Below, one piece after another: positions 1 through 16,117 of a DNA stretch of 64,000 nucleotides. A model generated the notes under the pieces. The model saw only the letters and a list, made by a program, of their open reading frames with translations, was not told the origin of the DNA and did no database searches. Source of the DNA: Acidobacteriota bacterium (lineage in GTDB: Bacteria > Acidobacteriota > UBA4820 > DSQY01); the NCBI GenBank assembly GCA_049967655.1, contig JBMFSH010000004.1, positions 57,193-121,192 on the forward strand. The letters are read 5' to 3'. How positions within the stretch are numbered: position 1 is the stretch's first letter; each line of letters opens with the position of its first letter. The position numbers and the translations under genes were made by a program.

Positions 1-2436
<2,436 letters not shown>

Positions 2437-2457
2437 CAAGGCACTACCCCCTCGACG

Positions 2458-6765
<4,308 letters not shown>

Positions 6766-6959
6766 CAGGCCTTCTCCTAAACGAAGCCGAAAGGGGCAAA
6801 AGGGTCATGCTCTGGGCGGATCGGCCCGGTGTCGCCACCGTGGGCCGCTGCTTCTCTTCGGACCGCTCCGCTGGTACCATAACCTCGGACCGCGGCCCGG
6901 GCGGAGACGTCCGGACCCATCCGATTTCCTGTCGGAACTGGCTGCACCCATGATACAGG

Positions 6960-7007
6960 AAAAAAGGCACACGGGCAGGGTACGCCCGCAGGCGCCCTGC
7001 CCGGCCT
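6960..7007 (-). terminator. Rho-independent terminator/attenuator between rplL and rpoB
   Basis: Minus strand: CGGGCAGGG...CCCTGCCCG stem followed by TTTTTT, about 20 nt after the rplL stop. Confidence 0.65.
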
Positions 7008-7026
7008 CGCACTGTCTAGGCACAAG

Positions 7027-7398
7027 CTATTTGATCTCGACAGTCGCGCCCTTCTCCTCGAACTTCTTCTTGATGGCCTCGGCCTCGTCCTTGGAGACCG
7101 CTTCCTTCAGGGTCTTCGGGGCGGCCTCGACCAGCTCCTTCGCTTCCTTCAGACCGAGGCTCGTGATCTCGCGGACCACTTTGATGACCTCGATCTTCTT
7201 GTCACCGGCAGCCTTGAGGATCACGTCGAACTCGGTCTTCTCCTCGGCCGGTGCGGCGGCGCCGGGCGCAGCCATCATGACCGGAGCGGCCGCGGCGGCG
7301 GACACGCCCCACTTCTCTTCCAGCATCTTGCTCAACTGAGCGGCCTCCAGTACGGTCAGGGCGCTCAGTTCTTCGACGATCGTATTCAGGTCGGCCAT
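7027..7398 (-). CDS. rplL: 50S ribosomal protein L7/L12
   Basis: [30 protein letters not shown] motifs. Confidence 0.99.
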   Translation of the reverse strand: MADLNTIVEELSALTVLEAAQLSKMLEEKWGVSAAAAAPVMMAAPGAAAPAEEKTEFDVILKAAGDKKIEVIKVVREITSLGLKEAKELVEAAPKTLKEAVSKDEAEAIKKKFEEKGATVEIK

Positions 7399-7420
7399 GG
7401 TGGAACTCCTCCTTCGTTAC

Positions 7421-7939
7421 CTACTCTACGGTTTGCTTGCCGCGCTCGGAGAGGCAGACCGCCACGTTCCGTGCGGGGGTTTGCAAGATTGTCGCGAGTT
7501 TCGTGGCGGGCGCCTGCAGTAGCCCGATGAGCTGAGCCCGGATTCCGTCGAGGCCGGGCAGCTTGGACAGCACCTCCACCGCGCCGGCATCCACGGCCCT
7601 GCCGTCGATGACGCCGCCCTTCACCTTCAGGTTGGGATTCTCCTTGGAGAACTCCACCAGCACCTTCGCCAGAGGGATCGGGTCCCGCTGAGACCAAGCG
7701 ATGGCGGTGGGTCCCACCATCCAGGCATCGGCGCCCGAGAGGTCGGTACCCTCGGATGCCTTCTTCAGGAGGGTGTTCTTGACCACCCGCAAGGACCCCG
7801 AAGACTGCCGCACCCGGTCTCGAAGGCTGCTGATTTCCTTGACCTTGAGGCCCTTGAAGTCGACCAGGTAGAAGGCTTCATTCTCCTGGATCACCTCGCG
7901 GATCGCCTCGATAGCTCCCTGTTTCTCGGCCCGGTTCAC
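7421..7939 (-). CDS. rplJ: 50S ribosomal protein L10
   Basis: VVKNTL motif, GPTAIAW; GTG start with GGAGG RBS; synteny. Confidence 0.97.
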   Translation of the reverse strand: MNRAEKQGAIEAIREVIQENEAFYLVDFKGLKVKEISSLRDRVRQSSGSLRVVKNTLLKKASEGTDLSGADAWMVGPTAIAWSQRDPIPLAKVLVEFSKENPNLKVKGGVIDGRAVDAGAVEVLSKLPGLDGIRAQLIGLLQAPATKLATILQTPARNVAVCLSERGKQTVE

Positions 7940-7949
7940 GGCGCCCTCC

Positions 7950-8636
7950 TTAGAATCCAGAAACGTCCAGCCGGATGCTGGGACTCATGCTGGTGCAGAG
8001 GTAGGCGCTCTTGATGTACTTGCCCTTGGCCGCGGCGGGCTTGGCCCTCACCACCGCCTCGATGAGGCTCGTGAGGTTCTCCTGGAGCTTGCCTTCCTCG
8101 AACGACTTCTTGCCCACGGGGCAGTGGATGATCCCCGTCTTGTCCACGCGGAACTCCACCTTGCCCGCCTTGAGGTCCCTCACGGCCTGGCCCACGTCGA
8201 AGGTGACGGTGCCGAGCTTGGGGTTCGGCATGAGCCCGCGCGGCCCCAGCACCTTGCCCAGCTTGCCGACCTCCTTCATCATGTCGGGAGTCGCCACGAC
8301 GGCCTCGAACTCCAGCCAGCCGCCCTGGATCTTCGCCACCGCCTCCTCGGCCATGACCACGTCGGCTCCGGCGGCTTCGGCCTCCTTTTGCTTCTCGCCC
8401 TGCGCGATCACCAGCACCCGCACGCTGCGGCCGAGGCCGTTCGGCAGCACGGTGGTGCCGCGCACCATCTGGTCGGCGTGCTTGGGGTCCACGCCGAGGT
8501 TCATGCTGACCTCAACGGTCTCGTCGAAGCCGGCGTAGGCCACCTTCCTGAGGAGCCCCAGCGCCTCGGGAATGGGGTATTCCCTGGCCTCGATCTGCCC
8601 CGCCGCCGCCTTGTATTTCTTTCCTGTCTTGCCCAT
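7950..8636 (-). CDS. rplA: 50S ribosomal protein L1
   Basis: [27 protein letters not shown]; start moved to ATG 8636 (AAGGAG RBS). Confidence 0.98.
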   Translation of the reverse strand: MGKTGKKYKAAAGQIEAREYPIPEALGLLRKVAYAGFDETVEVSMNLGVDPKHADQMVRGTTVLPNGLGRSVRVLVIAQGEKQKEAEAAGADVVMAEEAVAKIQGGWLEFEAVVATPDMMKEVGKLGKVLGPRGLMPNPKLGTVTFDVGQAVRDLKAGKVEFRVDKTGIIHCPVGKKSFEEGKLQENLTSLIEAVVRAKPAAAKGKYIKSAYLCTSMSPSIRLDVSGF

Positions 8637-8646
8637 AGACGGCTCC

Positions 8647-9072
8647 TTAGTCCACGATCTCCAGCCCCATGCTGCGGGCCGACCCCGAGATGGTGCGGAT
8701 GGCACTTTCGATGGAGGTGGTGTTCAGGTCCTTCATCTTGGTTTTGGCGATCTCTTCGATCTGCTTGCGCGTGACCCTTCCCACCTTGTTCTTGTTCGGC
8801 TCGCCCGACCCCTTGGCGATGCTCGCCGCCTTCTTGAGGAGGTCGGAGGCCGGGGGGGTTTTCGTGATGAAGCTGAAGGAGCGGTCGCCGTAGACCGTGA
8901 TCACCACCGGGATGATGAACCCCTCCTGCCCCTTCGTTTTGGCGTTGAACTCCTTGCAGAAACCCATGATGTTCACGCCGTGCTGGCCCAGCGCCGGGCC
9001 CACGGGCGGGGCCGGGTTGGCGTTCCCCGCCGGAATCTGCAATTTCACTTCTGCGATGATTTTTTTAGCCAT
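8647..9072 (-). CDS. rplK: 50S ribosomal protein L11
   Basis: [25 protein letters not shown] motif. Confidence 0.99.
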   Translation of the reverse strand: MAKKIIAEVKLQIPAGNANPAPPVGPALGQHGVNIMGFCKEFNAKTKGQEGFIIPVVITVYGDRSFSFITKTPPASDLLKKAASIAKGSGEPNKNKVGRVTRKQIEEIAKTKMKDLNTTSIESAIRTISGSARSMGLEIVD

Positions 9073-9084
9073 GGCTCGCTCCGC

Positions 9085-9141
9085 TTGGCGATTAGGCGAT
9101 TGGCGATTCGGCGATTAGGAAGCCTTGTCCTGCCTAGTCGC
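9085..9141. repeat. GGCGATT micro-tandem repeat (4 copies) with a short inverted partner
   Basis: GGCGATT at 9087, 9095, 9102, 9110; CCTAGTCGC at 9133 approximates its reverse complement. Confidence 0.75.
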
Positions 9142-9165
9142 ACCTCGCGCTCCGCGGTTCCTCTC

Positions 9166-9687
9166 CTAAAGCTTCTCCACCTGAAGGAAATTCAACTCCA
9201 CCGGGGTCGAGCGCCCGAAAATGGTGACAAGCACCGTCAGAGTGGAGTGGTCCGGATTGACCTTGTCCACCACACCTTGGAAGGAGGCGAAGGGACCCTC
9301 GATGATCTTCACCTTCTCGCCCGGCTCGAAGGAGTACTTAGGCTTCGGTGCCTCCGTGGCCCTCGTCATGTGGCCCAGCACCCGGTCAATCTCCTCGGGC
9401 CTGAGCGCCTCCGTGCCGACGAAGCCGGTGACCTTGGGGGTGTTGAGCACCACCTGCTGGGTCTCGTCGGTCAGCAGCATCTGCACCAGCACGTAGCCCG
9501 GGAAAAACTTCTTGGTGGAGACGTGCTTCTTGCCGTTACGCACCTCCACCACGTTCTCGGTGGGGATCATGACCTCCCCGAAGTGCTCCCCAAGGCCGAA
9601 GGCCTCGATCCGGTTCAGAAGGCTTTCCTTGACCCGGTTTTCAAAGCCCGAGTAGGTATGGATGATGTACCACTGCATCTCGGCCAT
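9166..9687 (-). CDS. nusG: Transcription termination/antitermination factor NusG
   Basis: WYIIHTYSGFE, FPGYVLV, KOW motif GEKVKIIEGPFASF, IFGRSTPVEL. Confidence 0.99.
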   Translation of the reverse strand: MAEMQWYIIHTYSGFENRVKESLLNRIEAFGLGEHFGEVMIPTENVVEVRNGKKHVSTKKFFPGYVLVQMLLTDETQQVVLNTPKVTGFVGTEALRPEEIDRVLGHMTRATEAPKPKYSFEPGEKVKIIEGPFASFQGVVDKVNPDHSTLTVLVTIFGRSTPVELNFLQVEKL

Positions 9688-9698
9688 GGCCCTTCCGC

Positions 9699-9908
9699 TT
9701 AATGAAAGAGTGTAAACAGCCTGTTGAGCAAACTAAAAACCACCTGATCGACGGCCCAGAGGAAGACGCCGAAGATGATCACCACCACCACAACCACGAG
9801 CGTGGTGTTCACGACCTCGTCCCTGCTGGGGAAGGAGGTCTTCTTGACCTCCAGTCGAACGTCCCTCAGGAATGCCGGCAGGCTCTGAAACCAATCCACT
9901 ATCTTCAC
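9699..9908 (-). CDS. secE: Preprotein translocase subunit SecE
   Basis: GTG 9908 with AAGAGG RBS; FLRDVRLEVKKTSFPSRDEV followed by one transmembrane helix; upstream of nusG. Confidence 0.93.
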   Translation of the reverse strand: MKIVDWFQSLPAFLRDVRLEVKKTSFPSRDEVVNTTLVVVVVVIIFGVFLWAVDQVVFSLLNRLFTLFH

Positions 9909-9942
9909 GGTCGACCTCTTGTGACGGAGAAAAGGGAGAAAG

Positions 9943-10189
9943 TGGCAGGCGAGGAGGGATTCGAACCTACGCGCCGTAGGATGCTCGCTCGCGTCAGAGT
10001 CCGCTCGCTCCGCTCCAACGGCGCCTACGGTTCCCGGGGCGGGTCCCTTGGCTTGCGCCGCTTCGCTGCGAACGCTCGCTCTTCGCTCGCGTCCTCGCGG
10101 CGGGCTATGCCGTGTCCCGCCCTTCGAATCCCTCTCACCTCCTTTCCTATCTTCACCCGCCGGCCCATCCGACGGTTCCGTTTTAAAGT
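9943..10189 (-). repeat. tRNA-linked repeat element: 25-bp duplicate of the tRNA-Trp 3' end plus an inverted copy of the T-arm/acceptor strand
   Basis: TGGCAGGCGAGGAGGGATTCGAACC at 9943-9967 is identical to 10190-10214; the inverted arm TTCGAATCCCTCTCACCT is at 10123-10140; the interior has GCGAGCG repeats. Confidence 0.8.
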
Positions 10190-10266
10190 TGGCAGGCGAG
10201 GAGGGATTCGAACCCCCAACATCCGGTTTTGGAGACCGGCGCTCTACCAATTGGAGCTACTCGCCT
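10190..10266 (-). tRNA. tRNA-Trp (CCA)
   Basis: AGGCGAG acceptor stem, CCGGT-CT-CCA-AA-ACCGG anticodon arm, GTTCGAATC T-loop, encoded CCA. Confidence 0.97.
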
Positions 10267-10275
10267 GCAATCCGG

Positions 10276-10425
10276 TCACTTCACCTCTTTGTGGACCTGG
10301 TGGGAGCGGCAGAAGGGGCAGTACTTCTTCACCTCCAGCTTTCCCTGCTGTTTCTTCTTGTTCTTGGTCGTCGTGTAGTTGCGCCGCTTGCACGCGCCGC
10401 ACTGCAGGTGGATGATGTCGCGCAT
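10276..10425 (-). CDS. rpmG: 50S ribosomal protein L33 (zinc-binding C+ form)
   Basis: Manual translation: [49 protein letters not shown] (49 aa, below ORF-track cutoff). Confidence 0.97.
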   Translation of the reverse strand: MRDIIHLQCGACKRRNYTTTKNKKKQQGKLEVKKYCPFCRSHQVHKEVK

Positions 10426-10428
10426 CGC

Positions 10429-11628
<1,200 letters not shown>

Positions 11629-11718
11629 CCGATCCGCCTCCGGCAGCCCGCGTTTCCGGCCGCCCCGCCGTCCTTCGCTTTCTTTCCCCCGGCCCTTCGG
11701 TGCCTAACGTGGGGGGTG

Positions 11719-11794
<76 letters not shown>

Positions 11795-11801
11795 CTCTTT
11801 C

Positions 11802-11930
11802 AGTGAGGAGTGGGAAGTGAGGAGTGAGGAGGGAAAACCTCACAACCTGCTCGACCCGCCACTCGCGCCATCACCTCGGTCTCCTGTCTTTTTCTACCCT
11901 GTTTCCCTGTCTCTCTGTTGCCCTGTTTCC
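11802..11930. repeat. AGTGAGG heptamer block and CCCTGTTT-like octamer block in the tRNA-Thr/tRNA-Gly spacer
   Basis: agtgagg-agtggga-agtgagg-agtgagg from 11802; accctgtt-tccctgtc-tctctgtt-gccctgtt from about 11896. Confidence 0.7.
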
Positions 11931-11937
11931 ATCTCGT

Positions 11938-12013
11938 TGGAGCGGGCGACGGGATTCGAACCCGCGACCCTCAGCTTGGAAGGCTGATGCTCTACCAACT
12001 GAGCTACACCCGC
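11938..12013 (-). tRNA. tRNA-Gly (TCC)
   Basis: GCGGGTG acceptor stem; TCAGC-CT-TCC-AA-GCTGA anticodon arm; CCA end. Confidence 0.97.
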
Positions 12014-12023
12014 CTGAACAACG

Positions 12024-12116
12024 GTTGATAAGTGGATTAAGTCGATAAGGTGAAGGGCGCGCCGTGCGTTGTTCCCCGCCTCTTATCAACTCATTCAACT
12101 CATCAACTCATCTACT
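12024..12116. repeat. Mirrored 8-9 nt micro-repeat blocks in the tRNA-Gly/tRNA-Tyr spacer
   Basis: Left gttgataa-gtggattaa-gtcgataa; right ttatcaac-tcattcaac-tcatcaac-tcatctac (reverse complement of the left unit). Confidence 0.75.
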
Positions 12117-12123
12117 TTCAAAG

Positions 12124-12210
<87 letters not shown>

Positions 12211-12281
12211 ACGTGGAGCTTTCAGGGTCACAACCCGGTTTCCGGTCAACATGGCCTAGCCGGGAATACTCGCTTCCCGCC

Positions 12282-12356
12282 TGGAGCCGATGAGAGGACT
12301 TGAACCTCCAACCAACGGATTACAAATCCGCTGCTCTACCGTTGAGCTACATCGGC
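12282..12356 (-). tRNA. tRNA-Thr (TGT)
   Basis: GCCGATG acceptor stem; GCGGA-TT-TGT-AA-TCCGT anticodon arm; CCA end; first gene of the canonical tufB-type tRNA cluster. Confidence 0.96.
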
Positions 12357-12388
12357 GTCTCCGCAGGTTCCCCCGCGAAAACCGATAT

Positions 12389-12417
12389 AATGTACCACAA
12401 AAGTTCAGACCGTGCAA
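12389..12417 (-). promoter_or_regulatory. Sigma70-type promoter of the tRNA-tuf operon
   Basis: TTGCAC-17 bp-TACATT with an extended -10 TG, about 30 nt upstream of tRNA-Thr(TGT). Confidence 0.7.
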
Positions 12418-12483
12418 GTGCGCCAGGACGCCCCAAGAACGCCCCGCGCACCAACCCCCTTATTCCGTGATCGAATGTCGCGC

Positions 12484-12509
12484 GTAGGAGCGCCGCCCCC
12501 GGCGCGACC
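12484..12509 (+). repeat. REP-like palindrome with GTAG head
   Basis: GTAGGAGCGCCG-CCCC-CGGCGCGACC: GTAG tetranucleotide followed by a GC-rich hairpin; the only copy I noticed in the window. Confidence 0.45.
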
Positions 12510-12553
12510 GGCCGTTCCGGGCAATCCTCCCACGGTCTCGCGCTCACCCGAGG

Positions 12554-12649
12554 TCACGGTGACAGGCCCTTGCGCTTCGCTAACCCTTCACCTCCATCAG
12601 GTTGGGCAGGGGACTTGCACCCCCAAGCTGCTGACCATGCCCGGCACAC
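12554..12649 (-). mobile_element. Group II intron (class IIC-like) 5' fragment, truncated; no RT ORF
   Basis: Begins GTGTGCCGGGCATGG...GGGGGTGCAAGTCCCC...GTTAGCGAAGCGCAAGGG (GUGYG 5' end and IIC domain-I pattern) immediately after a terminator T-tract. Confidence 0.75.
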
Positions 12650-12650
12650 C

Positions 12651-12683
12651 AAAAAAAAGACCCCAGGGTGGCCCCCGGGGTCT
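12651..12683 (-). terminator. Rho-independent terminator of TonB-dependent receptor gene 1
   Basis: AGACCCCGGGG-GCCA-CCCTGGGGTCT followed by a T-run, 23 nt after the stop. Confidence 0.85.
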
Positions 12684-12706
12684 CGAGTTCAGTCAGGATA
12701 AAATGG

Positions 12707-15697
12707 TTAGAAGGTCCAGCGGACGGCCAGGCGGATACGGCGGGCCTGCTGGTGGGCGGTGGGCATCTTGAAGAAGGGGTAGTTTTGGTTCGGCGAGGTG
12801 TTCACCGTGTTGTAAGTCTGGTCCACGGTGGTGGTTCGCTGCTCGTTGGTCACGTTGAAGATGTCGGCGCGCAGGCCCAGGTTGCTCTTCCAGAGCCTGA
12901 AGGTGTACTGAGCGCCCAGGTCGAGGGCCCAGATGGTGGGCGTACGACCAGAGGTGCCGCGCGGCCGGGAGAACCCTTCGTTAAGGCCGTACAGGTCATC
13001 GGCGCCCAGCGCCGAGATGGGGGTTCCGCTCTGAAGGGTAAAGTTGGCCGACATCTCGAGGGGGATGTTGTCGAAGAAGTACCCGCCGTAGAGCTTCAGC
13101 ACGTGGGTACGGTCGTTGGGCAACAGGCCGTAGCCGTTCACCAGGAGCTGGGGCAGGTCGTACTTGGAGGTGATGTTGGGATCGAGCTGACCGTTGTCGT
13201 TGGAGAAGAGGCCTTCGTAGTTGCCCTCCAGGCGCGAGAGGACGTAGGAGCCCTGCATGAGCCAGTTGTGGCTGAAGTGCTTGTCCATGGTGATCTCGAG
13301 GGCCTTGTAGATGCGCACCGGCTTGGGGAACTGCCAGCGATAGCCCGGGCGACCGAGAGGGTCGGGAATCCATATGCCAGCCCACTGGTCCGGGTTGGTG
13401 ACGATGTAGGTGGCCGCGCCATCCACCGAGATGTCCTCGATGATGCGGCCCAGATCGCGGTAGATGGCCCGCACGCCGAGGGAGAGGTCGGGGCGCACCT
13501 CGTACTGGAAGCCGAGGATGTACTCCTCGTTGTAGGAGCCCTTGAGCTTCTTGCCGCCCGGGCCCCCGTTGATCTGCGTCACATAGAGGCCGTTGGTGGC
13601 CGGGTACCCGTAGCGGTTATAACCGAGGAAGGGGATGGTGAGAGCGGCGTCCTCGTAATAGCTGAAGTGGAAGTACTCGTCGGTGAGGGCCCGGATCGCC
13701 ATGTCGTTGGGGATGCGCTCGTAGTACCAGCCCCAGAAGCCGTAGAGCTTGCTCTTGCTGTTGTGGGCTACGTCCCAGGTGAAGCCGACGCGGGGCGCCC
13801 ATTCGTCGTTGATGTTGACGTGGCGCGCCTGGCCGTTGGAATATCCGTGCCCGGGGGAGATCTGATCGGGCACGTTCACGTTGTTGTTGCCTCCAACCAT
13901 GTGGATCTGGTCCAGTCGGACGCCGAGCTTCAGCATGAAGTATTCGGTGAGATTCCAGTTGTCCTGCGCCCAGTAGGCCCAGTAGTGCTGCGTCGTGTTT
14001 TTGGCGTTGTTGTTCATGAAGCCCTGGGCTCGGAACAGGTAGTGCGTCGGAGAGGCTCCGCTGTACTGCCAGCGAATGGTCACGCCCCCCGGCGTGCTGT
14101 GCCCGTAAAACACGCTGCCAGGGTTCATTTCGGTGAAGCTGGGCCCGGTATAGTTGAAGTCGTAATTGTAGGTGATGTCGTAGTACTGCAAGCCGTAGGA
14201 GAGCTCGTGGTTGCCGTAGAACTTGAAGAGGTTGGTCCCCTTCAAGCGGAGCTGGTCATTGTAGTCCCGCGTGTAGTCGCGGATCTGGCCGCCCAACGAG
14301 GGTTTCCACGCGCTCAGGTCGATGAGGTGGTCGGCGGCGTTGTACGAAATGGGAACACCCTCTGGGATGACCTGGTAACCGGCGTAGGTCCCCGAACCAT
14401 AGCGGTAGTAATACGCCCAGTTGTTCATGGCCTCGGCGTTCTTGGGGTAGCGAGCCTGGATCGTGTCCCGGCGGGCCACGACCGTTTCGGTGAAGAAGGT
14501 TGGCGTCCAGGTGGCGTTCCACTGGAGGCTGACCGCGTAGTTATTGTAGGTCTGCTTGAAGGGCGAGGCCGTCTCGACGGGGTTACCTAGGTTCCGGTAG
14601 TAATCTTGGCGGCTGTTATCGCCGAAGACCGAGAGGGCAATTTTGTGGTTCTGGTTCACGTTCCACGTGAGCTTGAAGGCGTACATCGGGTCGCGCGTAT
14701 AGTTCGTGTACCCGCTCGGACCGGCCCACGAGTAGGAGGGATGACCGTTCAGGCTCACGTTGGCGTCTCCGCCGTCGGCCGTCCAGGCCTGCTCCGTCTT
14801 GTTGTAGTCGTAGGCCAAGAAGAACCAGAGCTTGTCCTTGACGAAGTAGCCGCCCAGGAAACCGCCCACATCGTACTGCTTGAACGACTTGGGGTAGTTG
14901 ACGATGTTGGGGTTGTTGAGCTTGTTTTCCTTGGCGCCCAGTCCGTCATCGAAATAGTACGCGAAGATGCCGCCGTGGAATTCGTTGCCGCCGCTCTTCG
15001 TGATGGAGTTGACGTTGCCGCCCATGAGGGCGCCGTACTCGGCGCTCATGCCGCCCGTCTGGACCTCGGTCGCCTCGATAAAATCGAAGTTGAGCGCCGT
15101 GAGGTTGAGGGCGTCGCCCGTGCCGGTCACGTCCACACCGTTGACCGTGTAGACGTTTTCGGGACCTGAAGCGCCTCCAAAGGAGGGCGTGCCGGCCAAG
15201 CCGGAGGTAACGGCGCCCGGCGCCAAAAAGGCGATGTTATTGGCGTTTCGCCCCAGTGGGATGGAGCTGATCATCTTGTCGGAGATGTTGGCGCCGATGC
15301 GGGTGGACTTCTCATCAATGACCGGAGCCGCCGCCGTGACGACGATCTCGGTCTTGCCCTGGCTCAGCGTAAAGGGAAGGCTGACGATCACCCCCAGGGG
15401 TATCTCGATGTTCTTCCGGACCACCGTGTTATAGCCGGGGGCCTCGACCCTCACCTCGTACCCGCGACCGACGGGCAGGTTGGGAATTAGGTAGGACCCG
15501 CCCAAGTCCGTGGCCCCGCCTTGGAACCCTTGCAGGTTGGGTCCCTTGACCTGAATCGTGGCACCGACCACCGGTTGGCCGGTTTCGTCCACGATGCGAC
15601 CCTGCAACCCTCCGTTTTGGGCCTGGGCCCAAACCATCAACCCGGCCAGGCCCACAAAGAGCACGACCAGGGCACTCCACTTGAGTGCGTTCCTCAT
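12707..15697 (-). CDS. TonB-dependent receptor-like outer membrane protein (Oar type, N-terminal carboxypeptidase-regulatory-like domain)
   Basis: ATG 15697 with GGAGGTG RBS; signal peptide; GRIVDETGQPVVGATI domain; plug SAEYG...ITKSGGNEFHG; WAPRVGFTWD; C-terminal Phe. About 996 aa. Confidence 0.9.
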   Translation of the reverse strand: MRNALKWSALVVLFVGLAGLMVWAQAQNGGLQGRIVDETGQPVVGATIQVKGPNLQGFQGGATDLGGSYLIPNLPVGRGYEVRVEAPGYNTVVRKNIEIPLGVIVSLPFTLSQGKTEIVVTAAAPVIDEKSTRIGANISDKMISSIPLGRNANNIAFLAPGAVTSGLAGTPSFGGASGPENVYTVNGVDVTGTGDALNLTALNFDFIEATEVQTGGMSAEYGALMGGNVNSITKSGGNEFHGGIFAYYFDDGLGAKENKLNNPNIVNYPKSFKQYDVGGFLGGYFVKDKLWFFLAYDYNKTEQAWTADGGDANVSLNGHPSYSWAGPSGYTNYTRDPMYAFKLTWNVNQNHKIALSVFGDNSRQDYYRNLGNPVETASPFKQTYNNYAVSLQWNATWTPTFFTETVVARRDTIQARYPKNAEAMNNWAYYYRYGSGTYAGYQVIPEGVPISYNAADHLIDLSAWKPSLGGQIRDYTRDYNDQLRLKGTNLFKFYGNHELSYGLQYYDITYNYDFNYTGPSFTEMNPGSVFYGHSTPGGVTIRWQYSGASPTHYLFRAQGFMNNNAKNTTQHYWAYWAQDNWNLTEYFMLKLGVRLDQIHMVGGNNNVNVPDQISPGHGYSNGQARHVNINDEWAPRVGFTWDVAHNSKSKLYGFWGWYYERIPNDMAIRALTDEYFHFSYYEDAALTIPFLGYNRYGYPATNGLYVTQINGGPGGKKLKGSYNEEYILGFQYEVRPDLSLGVRAIYRDLGRIIEDISVDGAATYIVTNPDQWAGIWIPDPLGRPGYRWQFPKPVRIYKALEITMDKHFSHNWLMQGSYVLSRLEGNYEGLFSNDNGQLDPNITSKYDLPQLLVNGYGLLPNDRTHVLKLYGGYFFDNIPLEMSANFTLQSGTPISALGADDLYGLNEGFSRPRGTSGRTPTIWALDLGAQYTFRLWKSNLGLRADIFNVTNEQRTTTVDQTYNTVNTSPNQNYPFFKMPTAHQQARRIRLAVRWTF

Positions 15698-15787
15698 ATC
15701 TTCACCTCCATAACCTCCGAGATTGCAATACCTTAGGAAACCAACCCCTCTCTTGGGTACACCACCTCCTTTCGACTCAACGGGACC

Positions 15788-15817
15788 ACCGTAGCAAAGG
15801 AGTTTTGGCCGTGTCAA
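15788..15817 (-). promoter_or_regulatory. Putative sigma70 promoter of receptor gene 1
   Basis: TTGACA-18 bp-TACGGT with TG extension. Confidence 0.5.
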
Positions 15818-16057
15818 GTGGACGGCGGAGGGGATGGAAACGAGGAATCAAAGAAACGGGGAGACAGAGAGAACGAGGCCTTGGATTTGACCGGGTTGTG
15901 GAGGGTGGAGGGTAGAGGGCTAAGAGGACGGGAAAAGGGGCTGAACCCGCCCCGCACCCCCTGCCCCCATGCCGGGGGCGAGGCGATCGAGGTCATCTCC
16001 CCCTCCTTCTTGTGTACCCCTTGAATTCCGCTTTCTGTTTCCCGCCTTCCAGCCCAG

Positions 16058-16088
16058 AAAAAAGGGCCCCGGAAAAGCCCGGGGCCCC
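16058..16088 (-). terminator. Rho-independent terminator of TonB-dependent receptor gene 2
   Basis: GGGCCCCGG...CCGGGGCCC stem followed by T6. Confidence 0.8.
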
Positions 16089-16117
16089 GATGAAACGGCC
16101 TGGCAGAAGACGGGGGG

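Noticed and set aside
9943..10020. A second tRNA-Trp gene
   Set aside because: Only the 3' 25 nt match; there is no D-arm or anticodon arm.
9699..10250. 183-aa extended SecE from the ORF track
   Set aside because: The extension runs through tRNA-Trp and the repeat element; GTG 9908 has an RBS and gives a normal-sized SecE.
11802..12116. CRISPR array
   Set aside because: Units are 7-9 nt with no unique spacers, and there are no cas genes.
12520..12650. SRP RNA or riboswitch
   Set aside because: Lacks the SRP helix-8 motif; the GTGTG start right after a terminator fits a group IIC intron 5' end better.
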